This document shows, in pieces, positions 1 through 9,546 of a DNA stretch of 64,000 nt. The stretch lies in the sequence record NC_019407.1. One strand, given 5' to 3'. The notes below the pieces were generated by a model. The model made no database searches, was not told the DNA's origin, and saw nothing but the letters and a program-made list of their open reading frames with translations. A program made the position numbers and the translations under genes. Position 1 is the stretch's first letter. Each line of letters opens with the position of its first letter.

Positions 1-1
1 C

Positions 2-2374
2 TTCGCCTCCAATCAGGTCGTCTCCTTCCGTCGCACGGGCAGCGGCGGGGCCTCCAACTTCCAGGGCGGCGGCATCACCGAGGCCCAGGGCGAAGAAGGC
101 GGTTCGCTGTACGAACGTCGGATGAATATGGTCAAGGCGCTTGGCACGATCACGGGCCAAGCCTCGCCTGCTGCCGACGCCATTTCTGAGTATCAATCGT
201 CTCTCGAAAAGCTCCGTGACGTCCTGGTGTTCGAAGAAGGACTGGCTAAGAAGGTGGGTCCGGAGTTCCAGTCCATCTTCAACGCCAAGGTCCTGGAAGA
301 GACGGTCGCCGCCCAGAAGAAGTGGAACCGCTCGATCGTCGAGGCGCTCAACCCGATCGCCAAGGAATCCCGGACCCTGGCCGAGGCCAACGACGTTCTG
401 CAACTGCGCGCCAAGGGCCTGTCGCAGGAAGCCGACTGGCAAGAGCGCCTGACCGAACTGCGCAACTCCGGCATCAATGTCGACCTGATGCAGGACGAGG
501 CCAAGTGGACCCAGTACCTGAACGAGTTGAAGAAGCAGGGCCTGGAGATCGACGTCAAGGCCCTGCAACTGAAGCCGGACGAACTGCGCTACCAGCAGGG
601 CCGCGCCGAGGCGCTCCAGGCTGAACTCGACCTGACCAAGGCGCTGAACGACGCCAAGCTGGCGGGCATCGCCCGCACCGGTTCCAGCTATGACCGCACC
701 CTGTCGGGCCTCGTCGCCGGCAAGGGCCGCGACGGCGAGACGCTCGACCAGACCCGTCAGCGTCTGGCGGGCTCGGTCGGCAGCGACGGCCGCAGCGCGC
801 TGGAAGCCCTGCAAGAGCAGGCCGGCGTGATGGAAGGCTCGCGCATGGCCGACGTCAAGGCCAGCATGCAGTCGCAGCTTGAGATCATGCGCGAGAGCGC
901 GCGCCTCAACAACACCCAGCGCGGCATCTACGACGACTACCGCAATATCCTGGGCGAACTGCTGAACAAGCAGGGCGCCTCGCTGAAGGAATTGCTGGAC
1001 TCGGCCGACGAGGAGACCAAGCGTCTCGCCCAGTCGTTCGTCCGCGCCAAGGCGGACTTCGAAAACCCGCCCGGCTTCCAGAAGTGGGCCGACTCCCTGG
1101 AGCCGCTGGACAAGCGCCTCCAGGACATCAAGGCCAACTTCCTCGACAACTTCTCCGGCGGCATCACCGATGCGCTGCTGGGTGAGAAGGTCGACTGGAA
1201 GGCGATGCTGCACGATACCTTCAAGCAGATGCTGCGCGCCCAGGTCGATGAGGGTCTGAAGAGCCTCACCTACAAGCTGCTCGGCCAAGGTGGCGACCAG
1301 GGCGCGGCCCAAACCCCCGAAGCCCAGGCGCTAGTCTCGGCGGCCGATGTCCAATTGCAGGCTGGCAACAGCCTGCAACAAGCCGCCGCGAGCCTGATGC
1401 AGGCGGCTCAGGCCACCGCGACCGCCGGCGTGGGCGGCGGCCTGGGCGTGATGACGGGCGGACCCGCGATGGGCGGCCTCGGCGGTCTCCTGGGCGGCGG
1501 CGGCCCCCTGGGCGGTCTCGGCGCGATCTCCAGCGTCCTGGGCGGCGGCGATGGCACGGCGACCAACCCGTTCTCGATCGCCGACACCATCCTCAAGCCC
1601 CTGGTCGTCGACCAAACCGGCGGACCGGGCTTCCAAGCGGCGGGCGCGGCGCTCCAGGGCCTGAACATCACCCCGCCGGGCGGCGGCGGCTTCCTGTCGG
1701 GCCTGGGCTCGATGTTCCAAGGCGGCCTGGGCTCGATGCTGCAAGGCGCCCTGAGCTTCGCCGGCCCGCTGCTGGGCGGCCTGCTGACGGGCGGCAAGAA
1801 GAGCCCCAAGGCGCCGGTGAGCTATCGCATGCCGGGCGGCGTCATCGGCCAGCCGAGCACCAACAGCGTCTCGGCTCGCATGGTCGGTCCCAAGCAAAAC
1901 CTGATCGGCACCCTGGCGAACCTGGGCTTCCAGTTGTTCGCGGGCGGCATGGGCGGTGGCGGCCTGATGAGCATGTTCGGCATGGGCGGCGCTGGCGGCG
2001 CGGGAAGCTTCATCGGCTTCAAGGAAGGCGGCCTGACGGGCGCGCCGGTCAACCGCTACACCGTCTCCTCTCTGGGCTCGATGTTCGCCAACGCTCCGCA
2101 CTATGCCGAGGGCACCAGCAACACCAAGCTGGCCAACGGTGGCATGCCGGCGATCGTCCACCCCGACGAAGCGGTGATCCCGCTGTCGCGTGGCCGCAAC
2201 GTCCCGGTGGAACTGAAGGGCGCCGGCGGCGGAAGCTCGACCACCGTGGTCTCGCCGATCACCGTCTACGCCAACGACGTCGACAGCTTCCGCCCGGCCC
2301 AGGCGCAGATCGCCCGCAAGCAGAACCGCACCCTGCGCCGCGCGGCCCTGCGCAACGCCTCGATGGTCAACTAG
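2..2374 (+). CDS. Tail tape measure protein, C-terminal part (5'-truncated by window edge)
   Basis: Frame is open from base 2 through the listed ATG at 122. Helical Ala/Leu/Gln-rich body, Gly-rich C-terminus with GGL...AIVHPDEAVIPL motif, directly upstream of tail-tip genes. Confidence 0.9.
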   Translation, partial: FASNQVVSFRRTGSGGASNFQGGGITEAQGEEGGSLYERRMNMVKALGTITGQASPAADAISEYQSSLEKLRDVLVFEEGLAKKVGPEFQSIFNAKVLEETVAAQKKWNRSIVEALNPIAKESRTLAEANDVLQLRAKGLSQEADWQERLTELRNSGINVDLMQDEAKWTQYLNELKKQGLEIDVKALQLKPDELRYQQGRAEALQAELDLTKALNDAKLAGIARTGSSYDRTLSGLVAGKGRDGETLDQTRQRLAGSVGSDGRSALEALQEQAGVMEGSRMADVKASMQSQLEIMRESARLNNTQRGIYDDYRNILGELLNKQGASLKELLDSADEETKRLAQSFVRAKADFENPPGFQKWADSLEPLDKRLQDIKANFLDNFSGGITDALLGEKVDWKAMLHDTFKQMLRAQVDEGLKSLTYKLLGQGGDQGAAQTPEAQALVSAADVQLQAGNSLQQAAASLMQAAQATATAGVGGGLGVMTGGPAMGGLGGLLGGGGPLGGLGAISSVLGGGDGTATNPFSIADTILKPLVVDQTGGPGFQAAGAALQGLNITPPGGGGFLSGLGSMFQGGLGSMLQGALSFAGPLLGGLLTGGKKSPKAPVSYRMPGGVIGQPSTNSVSARMVGPKQNLIGTLANLGFQLFAGGMGGGGLMSMFGMGGAGGAGSFIGFKEGGLTGAPVNRYTVSSLGSMFANAPHYAEGTSNTKLANGGMPAIVHPDEAVIPLSRGRNVPVELKGAGGGSSTTVVSPITVYANDVDSFRPAQAQIARKQNRTLRRAALRNASMVN

Positions 2375-2389
2375 CTGTCACCCACGACA

Positions 2390-2404
2390 GTCGTGAATCT
2401 TGAC
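2390..2404 (+). promoter_or_regulatory. GTCGTGAATCTTGAC palindromic operator/-35 element
   Basis: Copy of a 15-mer found in nine intergenic regions. Contains GANTC and TTGAC. Confidence 0.75.
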
Positions 2405-2457
2405 GTTCCTGGATGATCGTGGCATCCAGGGACACCTCCTTTCATGGTTAATGCCCG

Positions 2458-3108
2458 ATGCCGAGCTTCCACGACGTCCTGTTCCCCGAGACCATCAGCT
2501 ACGGCTCGTCCGGCGGCCCGAAGTTCAAGACCACGATCTTCCAGGCCGACAGCGGCTTTGAGCAACGCAACAAGGACTGGAGCGACATCCGCTGCGAGTA
2601 CGATGTCGCCCAGTCGATCCGCTCGACCGAGGACATGGACGAGCTTCGCGCCTTCTTCATGGCCCGCAACGGCCGCGCCCACGGCTTCCGCTACAAGGAC
2701 TGGGGCGATTTTCGCCTCAAGAACCAGTTGATCGGCGTCGGCGACGGCGTCACCAAGGTCTTTCAGATCGTCAAGACCTACACCAGCGTCGCCCACGACG
2801 GCACCGAGTACACCTACACCCGCACGATCCGCAAGCCCAAGTGGGACTCGATCGCCGGCGTCAAGGTCGGCGCCGTGGTTCAGGTCGCCCCGACCAACTA
2901 CGAGGTCGACTATTCGACCGGCCTGATGACCTTTGTCACCGCGCCGCCGGCCGACGCCCCGGTCACCATTGGCCTGGGCGAGTTCCACGTCCCCGTCCGC
3001 TTCGACACCGACTTCATGGACGTCACCCAGGAGTTCTGGATGCGCGAGACGTGGCCCAACATCCCGATCGTCGAAATCCGTGACTGGCAAGAGGCCCTGA
3101 CGCCGTGA
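2458..3108 (+). CDS. GTA-like distal tail protein (DUF2460/TIGR02217 family)
   Basis: FHDVLFP..ISYGSSGGP.F.T, GRAHGFRYKDW and FHVPVRFDTD motifs; position after tape measure. Confidence 0.9.
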   Translation: MPSFHDVLFPETISYGSSGGPKFKTTIFQADSGFEQRNKDWSDIRCEYDVAQSIRSTEDMDELRAFFMARNGRAHGFRYKDWGDFRLKNQLIGVGDGVTKVFQIVKTYTSVAHDGTEYTYTRTIRKPKWDSIAGVKVGAVVQVAPTNYEVDYSTGLMTFVTAPPADAPVTIGLGEFHVPVRFDTDFMDVTQEFWMRETWPNIPIVEIRDWQEALTP

Positions 3109-4730
3109 AATCCGTCCCCGAAGACCTGATGGCGCACCTCCAGGAGGAGGTGACCACGCTCGCGACGTGCATCACGATCGTGCGCCAGGACGGCAAGGCG
3201 TTCTTCATGACCGACCACGACCGGCCGATCAAGTTCGAGAACCAGACCTACGTCCCCTACGACTCCTACCAGCGCACGTCGATCCTGATGTCGTCGGAAC
3301 TGGAAGTCGACACCGCCGACATCACCGCCTTCCTGACCTCGAACGGGGTGACGCGCGACGATGTGGCCTCGGGCCTGTTCGACTACGCCGCGATCAAGGT
3401 CCAGTTGCTGAACTACGAGCGGCCCGAGGACGGGGCGATCCTGCTCCGCAAGGGCACGTTCGGCGAAGTGACCATGAACCAGGACGAGACCTTCTCGGCC
3501 GAAATCCGGGGCATGACCCAGGTCCTGACCTACCGGGTCGGGGAGACCTACGCGCCCGAGTGCCGGGCCGACCTCGGCGACCGCCGCTGCAAGATCGGCC
3601 TGATGCCTGAGGAATGGCAGGCCAACAAATACTACGGCCTCGACGCCTGCGTGCTGGGCGAACTCGTCGCCCCCACGTCGTTCGTCAATCCCGTGGTCGT
3701 CAACGGCAACTTCGAGGACGGCGCGCTCAACGCCGTCGTCACCGCGCCGACGGGCTGGGTGGCCTATGGCGATCCGACCAGCCGCTGGGTCTACAAGCAC
3801 GACTGGTACAATCTGTCGCGCCCGCAGGTCGGCAACCAGTTCATCGCCGCCACCCGCACCTCGATCTCCGACAAGCAGGAAGTCGCCGGCATCTACCAGG
3901 ACATCAACCTCGTCTCCGCCGGCGTGCCGGCCGCCGCGATCGACGGCGGCCTCTGCCGCGTGCGCTACAAGTCCTTCGCCGCCTGCCTCAACAACCGCGC
4001 CCAGTCGCGCGAGCGCCTGACCTGCATCAAGGCCGACGGCTCGGTCGAGACGATCTGGGACACCGGCGAGATCAAGTACCCTGAGGACCGCTGGATCGCG
4101 GTCAACGCCGACGACATCCTGATCCCGGCCGGCACCCGCGTCCTGCGCATCGATCTGTGGTCCAAGAAGCGCAGCGTCCACGAAGAGGGCGCGGCCTATG
4201 ACGGGATCAGCCTGTCGATCAACCTGCCGGCGGGCACGGCCGGCAACGCCCATGTCTATGGCGGGGTGATGTTCAAGTGCATCCAGGCGGGGATCAGCGG
4301 CGGCACCCAGCCGGCCTGGACCAACGAACTGGGCGCCACCTATACCGACGGCACGGTCATCTGGCAATGCGTGACCAACTACAAGAAGGTGGGCACGGTC
4401 GCCACGGTCGCCTCCAACAAGTCGTTCACCTCGACCGACATCACCGAGCCGGCCGGTCACTATGACGGCGGCGTGCTCTACTGGGAAACCGGCCGCAACG
4501 CCGGACGCGCCCAGGAGATCAAGACCTGGGCCGCCAACCTCTTCACGCTCTTCCAGCGCACCTACTATCCGATCACGGCGGGCGACCGCTTCGTGGTCTA
4601 TCCCGGCTGCGACAAGCGCCGCGCCACCTGCGCCGACAAGTTCCACAATATCCACAATTTCCGCGCCGAGCCCGACGTGCCCGGCCAGGACATCTACTAC
4701 CGCACGCCCAACGCTCCGGAGCAGGAATGA
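3105..4730 (+). CDS. GTA-like tail hub protein (DUF2163 plus BR0599-like C-terminus) with internal inserted domain
   Basis: N-terminal TDHDRPI; CRADLGDRRC; C-terminal PGCDKR..TC..KFHNIHNFRAEP. Confidence 0.85.
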   Translation: MKSVPEDLMAHLQEEVTTLATCITIVRQDGKAFFMTDHDRPIKFENQTYVPYDSYQRTSILMSSELEVDTADITAFLTSNGVTRDDVASGLFDYAAIKVQLLNYERPEDGAILLRKGTFGEVTMNQDETFSAEIRGMTQVLTYRVGETYAPECRADLGDRRCKIGLMPEEWQANKYYGLDACVLGELVAPTSFVNPVVVNGNFEDGALNAVVTAPTGWVAYGDPTSRWVYKHDWYNLSRPQVGNQFIAATRTSISDKQEVAGIYQDINLVSAGVPAAAIDGGLCRVRYKSFAACLNNRAQSRERLTCIKADGSVETIWDTGEIKYPEDRWIAVNADDILIPAGTRVLRIDLWSKKRSVHEEGAAYDGISLSINLPAGTAGNAHVYGGVMFKCIQAGISGGTQPAWTNELGATYTDGTVIWQCVTNYKKVGTVATVASNKSFTSTDITEPAGHYDGGVLYWETGRNAGRAQEIKTWAANLFTLFQRTYYPITAGDRFVVYPGCDKRRATCADKFHNIHNFRAEPDVPGQDIYYRTPNAPEQE

Positions 4731-5152
4731 CCCGCGACGACATCGTGACCGAAGCGCGCCGCTATGTCGCGCTCCAAACCCCCTGGCGCCATCGAGGCCG
4801 CACCGAGCGCGGCCTCGACTGCATCGGGCTGGCCGTCATGATCTTCGAGAAGTTCAACCTGGAGTACATGGACCAGGATGGCTACGCGCGCACGCCCGAC
4901 GGCGAGAAGTTCGTCGACGTGATCCGCCAGCACATGACCCTGGCCGATCCGACGGCGCTCAAGCCGGGCATGCTGCTGCTGTTCAACGACGACGCCCGGC
5001 CCTGCCATGTCGGCATCCTGGCGCGCCAGCACGGGCGCCTGACCCTGATCCACGCGACCGCCGACAAGAAGCGGACGGTCGAGGAAGTCTATGACCGCCG
5101 CTATGCCGCCCGGTTCCGCATGGCCTTCGATTTCCCCGGCGTTGAGGACTAA
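4727..5152 (+). CDS. NlpC/P60 family tail-associated peptidase
   Basis: PWRHRGR...GLDCIGL catalytic Cys, HVGI and LIHA His motifs. Confidence 0.92.
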   Translation: MTRDDIVTEARRYVALQTPWRHRGRTERGLDCIGLAVMIFEKFNLEYMDQDGYARTPDGEKFVDVIRQHMTLADPTALKPGMLLLFNDDARPCHVGILARQHGRLTLIHATADKKRTVEEVYDRRYAARFRMAFDFPGVED

Positions 5153-5154
5153 TC

Positions 5155-8100
5155 ATGGCCGCCGCCATTGCCCTTCCGATCGTCTCCGCCATTGTCAGCA
5201 CGGCGATCAGCTACGCGTTCCCGAGCGACGGCCCGCGCCTGCGCGACACCAAGGTCTCGGCCTCGACCTACGGCAACGTGATCCCGGAAATCTACGGGAC
5301 CGCGCGTGTCGGCGGCAACATGATCTGGTCCAAGCCGTTCACCGAGAAGAAGAAGAAGAAGCGGGCCGGCAAGGGCGGCTCCTACTACAACGAGTACACC
5401 TACTACTGCGACTTCGCCATGGCCTTCTGCCGGGGGCCGGTCAAGGAAGTGCGCCGCATCTGGGCCGACGGCAAGGTGATCTACGACACCACCGGCGGCT
5501 CGGAGGTGATCGACAACAACAAGTACCGCTTCCGCTTCTATCCCGGCGACGAAGCGCAGCTTCCCGACAGCCTCATCGTCGAGGACAAGGGCGCCGACTA
5601 CGCGCCGGCCTATCGCGGGCTCTGCTATGTCGTGTTCGACGACTTCGCCCTGGCCGATTTCGGCAACCGCATCCCGCAGATCATGGCCGAAGTCTACGCC
5701 GGCGACGAAGGCGGCGCGGCGATCACCGACATCGTCCCGCTGCCTAGTTCTCCGGTCACCGGCGGCTCCTACCAGCTTGGCCAGATGATGATCGACGCCG
5801 ACCGGGGCTACTTCTACCTCGTCGATTCGGTGTCCAACCCGGCGGGCACCGTCCTGCGTCGCTTCCTGCTGGCGAACGGTAAGGAAGACCGTCGTGAGAT
5901 CGTCTCGATCCCGCAGGCCCAGTTCCCGCCCTCGGTCTATGACAGCCCCGACCTGACCTCGGTCCGGGCGGTCACCTCCAAGGGCGAGCTTCTCTGCGTC
6001 TTCGGCGGCATCAACAACTACATGCGGATCGAGAAGCTCGATCCCTATTCCTGGCAGTCCCTGGGGACGATCGGCCGCAGCTATCCTTTCGAGGGCACCC
6101 CCGAAAACAGCCTGGAACACTCCAACACCAATTTCGAGATTTCGCGGGACGACAAGGGCAACTACCTCTGCCTGACGCTGGGGGTGTTTGGCGAGTACAA
6201 CATCTTCGACCCCTCCGACATGTCGTTCAAGGCCAAGGGGGAAATGGCGGGCTGGGGTGGTCCGGGCACGCCGATGTACATCTGCGCCCGCCAGGGCGGC
6301 GCGACGGCTTCCCGCCGGTTCTTCCACGTCACCTATACGGGCGGGGCGTCCTTGCAGGTGTGCAGCCTGAACGAGGTGCTCTACAATCATCCGCTTGATC
6401 ATCCTGGAGATTCCCAGACCGCGACGTCCTGGGCCTTCTGGGACGAGGGCGATCCGGGGGTGGTCTTCTTCTATTCCGACGGCCCCAACCGCTACATCGC
6501 CAAGTGGTCCGAATCCACCGGCGTGCTGGCCTGGAAGACCCAGCTTCGCAACTCCGATCCGTTCTGCGGCTATGGGGTCTATGGCCTGCGCGCCCGGATC
6601 AAGGACAACGAGTTCCACTGGGTCTACAACAAGCACCTGTTCTCGATCAACACCGCCACGGGCCAGTGGATCGACCGGACCTTCGACCAGGACTTCTACA
6701 AGAGCGACAACGACAAGACCGCCGAACAGGTCAACGACGGCGACAAGGGCCTGCTGCTGCCGCGCGACATCTCCGAGGACTATGTCATCTACGATCCGCG
6801 CCGCAACATCGTGATCTGCATCGGGGCGATTCAAGCCCAGAACGGCATCGTTCACGTCGGCGGCTATACGGGCGGCAGGACCTCGGTGGGGGCGATCGTC
6901 GAGCGCCTTCTGGTCTCCACGGGGCAGATGACCTCGAACGACTACGATCTGACGCCGCTCTACGACATCCCGGTCTACGGGTACGGCTACGCCTCCTCGA
7001 CCGACATCAAGTCGATCATCGCCGAACTGCGCAACCTCTTCATGTTCGACCTCGTCGAGAGCGACGGCCGGCTGGTCGCGCGCGTGCGCGGCGATCAGGA
7101 CCCCGACGCCGAGGTGCCCTGGAAGCTCCTGGGCTCCCAGGGCGGCCCGACTCCGGACAAGGCCGACTACTGGAAAGAGACCCGGATGTCGGAGTCCGAC
7201 CTTCCGGCCTCGATCGACCTGACCTATTCGAACATCGACGACGATTATAACCCCTCGACGGCCAAGTCCAAGCGGATCGCCTCGCCGGTGGCGACCATGC
7301 TGTCGCGCCAGCAGGTCAAGGCCGAGTGCAACCTCGTCATGGACGCGACCGAGGCCAAGAACCGCGTCAACATCATGCTCTACACCCAGTGGGAGGAGCG
7401 CACGCAGCATCAGACGGCCCTTCCCTGGCTCTACGCCAATCTCGACGCCTCGGACCTGATCTCGGTGACCATGGAGGACGGCCGCAACTACTTCGAGCGG
7501 ATCGGCTCGATCGAGTTCGGCGCCGACTTCTCCTCGCGCCTGGAAACCTACGGCACCGACAGCGGCGCCTACCTTTCGGACAAGACCGGCGATGGCGGCG
7601 GCGCCGGCCGCCCGACCGTCGTGCCGGCCCCCAAGCCGGTGGTGGGCTTCATCCTCAACACCCCGCTGCTGCGCGACACCCACGACAGCGGCGGCAACTT
7701 CTCCAACTGGTATAGCGCCATCGGCGCGGGCGCGCCGGGTGTGTTCCTCGGCGGCACGATGTTCAAGTCCGCCAATTCGCAGGACTACGTTGATCTCTAC
7801 CAGGAACCGGAGAGCGCCGAGTGGGGCACGGTGATGGGTGTCGTGCCCTCGCCCTCGCACGGCTGGTTCGCGCTCGACTGGGAGACGCGCATCACCATCA
7901 CCCCGGCGGTCGATTTCTTCGAACTGGAATCGATCACCGACGACGAGCTTTGGGAAGGGCTCAATCTCGTGGTCATCGGCGACGAGGTCCTCCAGTTCCG
8001 CGACGCGGTCCAGAACGCCGACGGCACCTGGACGATCTGGAACCTGCTGCGCGGCCGGCGCGGGACGCAGTACGCCTGCGACAATCACAAGGCGGGCGAG

Positions 8101-8631
8101 CGGTTCGTGTTCCTCGACGAGCGCTCGATCGAGTTCCAGGCCGAAAACCTCGACACCTCGGGCCAGAACCGTTGGTATAAGGCGGTCGGCTCGGGCATGT
8201 CGCTGTTCGAGACCGATCCGATCCAGATCAACTACCAGCCCCGCGACCTCATGCCCTACCGCCCGGCCGACATCCGTCGGGCGGTCGCGGGCGGCGACGT
8301 CACCGTGACCTGGAAGCGCCGCACGCGCTTCACGGCCACGCTGAAGGATGGCACCGGCGTGGTCAGCCTCAACGAAGGCTCCGAAGCCTACGAGGCCTAT
8401 GTGCTCGCCGCGCCGTACTCGGGGGACTTGTCGCGTCAAGACGCGCCGACCGTCTACCGTCGCAAATACACCCTGACGAGCCCGAGCTTCACCTACACGG
8501 CGGCCGAGCAGACGGCCGACGGATTTGACGTGAATCTTGACACTCTGCACGTGGTGATCTATCAGTTGAGTTCGGTTGTTGGTCGGGGTTTCCCCGGCGC
8601 GCGCTCGATTGAGTCCTGGCAGGACTTCTAA
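5155..8631 (+). CDS. GTA-like central tail tip / host-specificity (megatron-type) protein
   Basis: STYGNVIPEIYGTARVGGNMIW, APAYRGLCYVVF, FGNRIPQ and LLRGRRGT motifs; 1158 aa. Confidence 0.88.
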   Translation: MAAAIALPIVSAIVSTAISYAFPSDGPRLRDTKVSASTYGNVIPEIYGTARVGGNMIWSKPFTEKKKKKRAGKGGSYYNEYTYYCDFAMAFCRGPVKEVRRIWADGKVIYDTTGGSEVIDNNKYRFRFYPGDEAQLPDSLIVEDKGADYAPAYRGLCYVVFDDFALADFGNRIPQIMAEVYAGDEGGAAITDIVPLPSSPVTGGSYQLGQMMIDADRGYFYLVDSVSNPAGTVLRRFLLANGKEDRREIVSIPQAQFPPSVYDSPDLTSVRAVTSKGELLCVFGGINNYMRIEKLDPYSWQSLGTIGRSYPFEGTPENSLEHSNTNFEISRDDKGNYLCLTLGVFGEYNIFDPSDMSFKAKGEMAGWGGPGTPMYICARQGGATASRRFFHVTYTGGASLQVCSLNEVLYNHPLDHPGDSQTATSWAFWDEGDPGVVFFYSDGPNRYIAKWSESTGVLAWKTQLRNSDPFCGYGVYGLRARIKDNEFHWVYNKHLFSINTATGQWIDRTFDQDFYKSDNDKTAEQVNDGDKGLLLPRDISEDYVIYDPRRNIVICIGAIQAQNGIVHVGGYTGGRTSVGAIVERLLVSTGQMTSNDYDLTPLYDIPVYGYGYASSTDIKSIIAELRNLFMFDLVESDGRLVARVRGDQDPDAEVPWKLLGSQGGPTPDKADYWKETRMSESDLPASIDLTYSNIDDDYNPSTAKSKRIASPVATMLSRQQVKAECNLVMDATEAKNRVNIMLYTQWEERTQHQTALPWLYANLDASDLISVTMEDGRNYFERIGSIEFGADFSSRLETYGTDSGAYLSDKTGDGGGAGRPTVVPAPKPVVGFILNTPLLRDTHDSGGNFSNWYSAIGAGAPGVFLGGTMFKSANSQDYVDLYQEPESAEWGTVMGVVPSPSHGWFALDWETRITITPAVDFFELESITDDELWEGLNLVVIGDEVLQFRDAVQNADGTWTIWNLLRGRRGTQYACDNHKAGERFVFLDERSIEFQAENLDTSGQNRWYKAVGSGMSLFETDPIQINYQPRDLMPYRPADIRRAVAGGDVTVTWKRRTRFTATLKDGTGVVSLNEGSEAYEAYVLAAPYSGDLSRQDAPTVYRRKYTLTSPSFTYTAAEQTADGFDVNLDTLHVVIYQLSSVVGRGFPGARSIESWQDF

Positions 8632-8703
8632 GCCCCCTTTCCACAATCCCGCGATCCTGGCCTGGGCGCCGGGATCGTCCCTTGTCATAAAAGTCGTGGA
8701 ACG

Positions 8704-9546
8704 ATGAGCAATACGCCGATCCTGAGCATCCCCCAGGTTGCCCCCAACCAGAACCAAAAAGAAGACACGATCAACACGGGTCTGGCGATCCTGGAGGCGG
8801 CCCAGAACGACGACATCCAGCTTACGGTGTCGTCCGGCACCTACAACATCACCACCGTTCAGTTCACCCGCGCCTTCCTTCATCGCTATTCGGGTCACAC
8901 CAACGCCACGGTCGTGGCGGTCATCCCCAACACCCCGCGCTGGTTCGCCGTCTCCAACGAAGGCGGCTTCGAGATGGGCCTGAAGGTCTTCGGGCAAACC
9001 CCGGTGACGACGATCCAGCCGGGCAAGATCGTCCTCTTCCAGTCCGACGGGACCACGCTGCGGGCGATCTCCGAGGGCGTCAGCCGCATCTTCGATCTGT
9101 CCGACGTCGATGGCTCCGACACGCCGTCCGACGGACAGGTCCTGGTCTGGAGCGCCACGACCAGCCGGTTCGAGCCGGCCGATCTGCCGGCCGATGTCGA
9201 CTTCTGGACGACGGGCGTCACCCCCAACGACGGCGTCGTGCTGCGCAAGCTCTTCCTGCGCCCCGTGCGCTTCCTGGCCAACTTCCTGGGCTCGGTCGCC
9301 AAGGCGGGCGTCGCGGCGACCGCCAGCACCGTCTTCACGGTCAAGAAGACCACCGGCGTCACCACCACCACGGTCGGGACCATCACCTTCACGGGCTCTT
9401 CGGCCGCCTTCTCGACGGACCAGGGCAGCGGCGCGGTCACCGTCAACTTCGGGGCCGGCGACGTCATGACCATCACCGGACCGGCCTCGGCCGACGCCAC
9501 CCTCGCTGACATCGTCGCTTCCCTCAAGGGCGTCATCCTGCAATGA
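8704..9546 (+). CDS. Tail fibre/adaptor protein (DUF2793-like N-terminus)
   Basis: TPILSIPQVAPNQNQKEDTIN N-terminus is paralogous to the next gene; tail module context. Confidence 0.7.
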   Translation: MSNTPILSIPQVAPNQNQKEDTINTGLAILEAAQNDDIQLTVSSGTYNITTVQFTRAFLHRYSGHTNATVVAVIPNTPRWFAVSNEGGFEMGLKVFGQTPVTTIQPGKIVLFQSDGTTLRAISEGVSRIFDLSDVDGSDTPSDGQVLVWSATTSRFEPADLPADVDFWTTGVTPNDGVVLRKLFLRPVRFLANFLGSVAKAGVAATASTVFTVKKTTGVTTTTVGTITFTGSSAAFSTDQGSGAVTVNFGAGDVMTITGPASADATLADIVASLKGVILQ

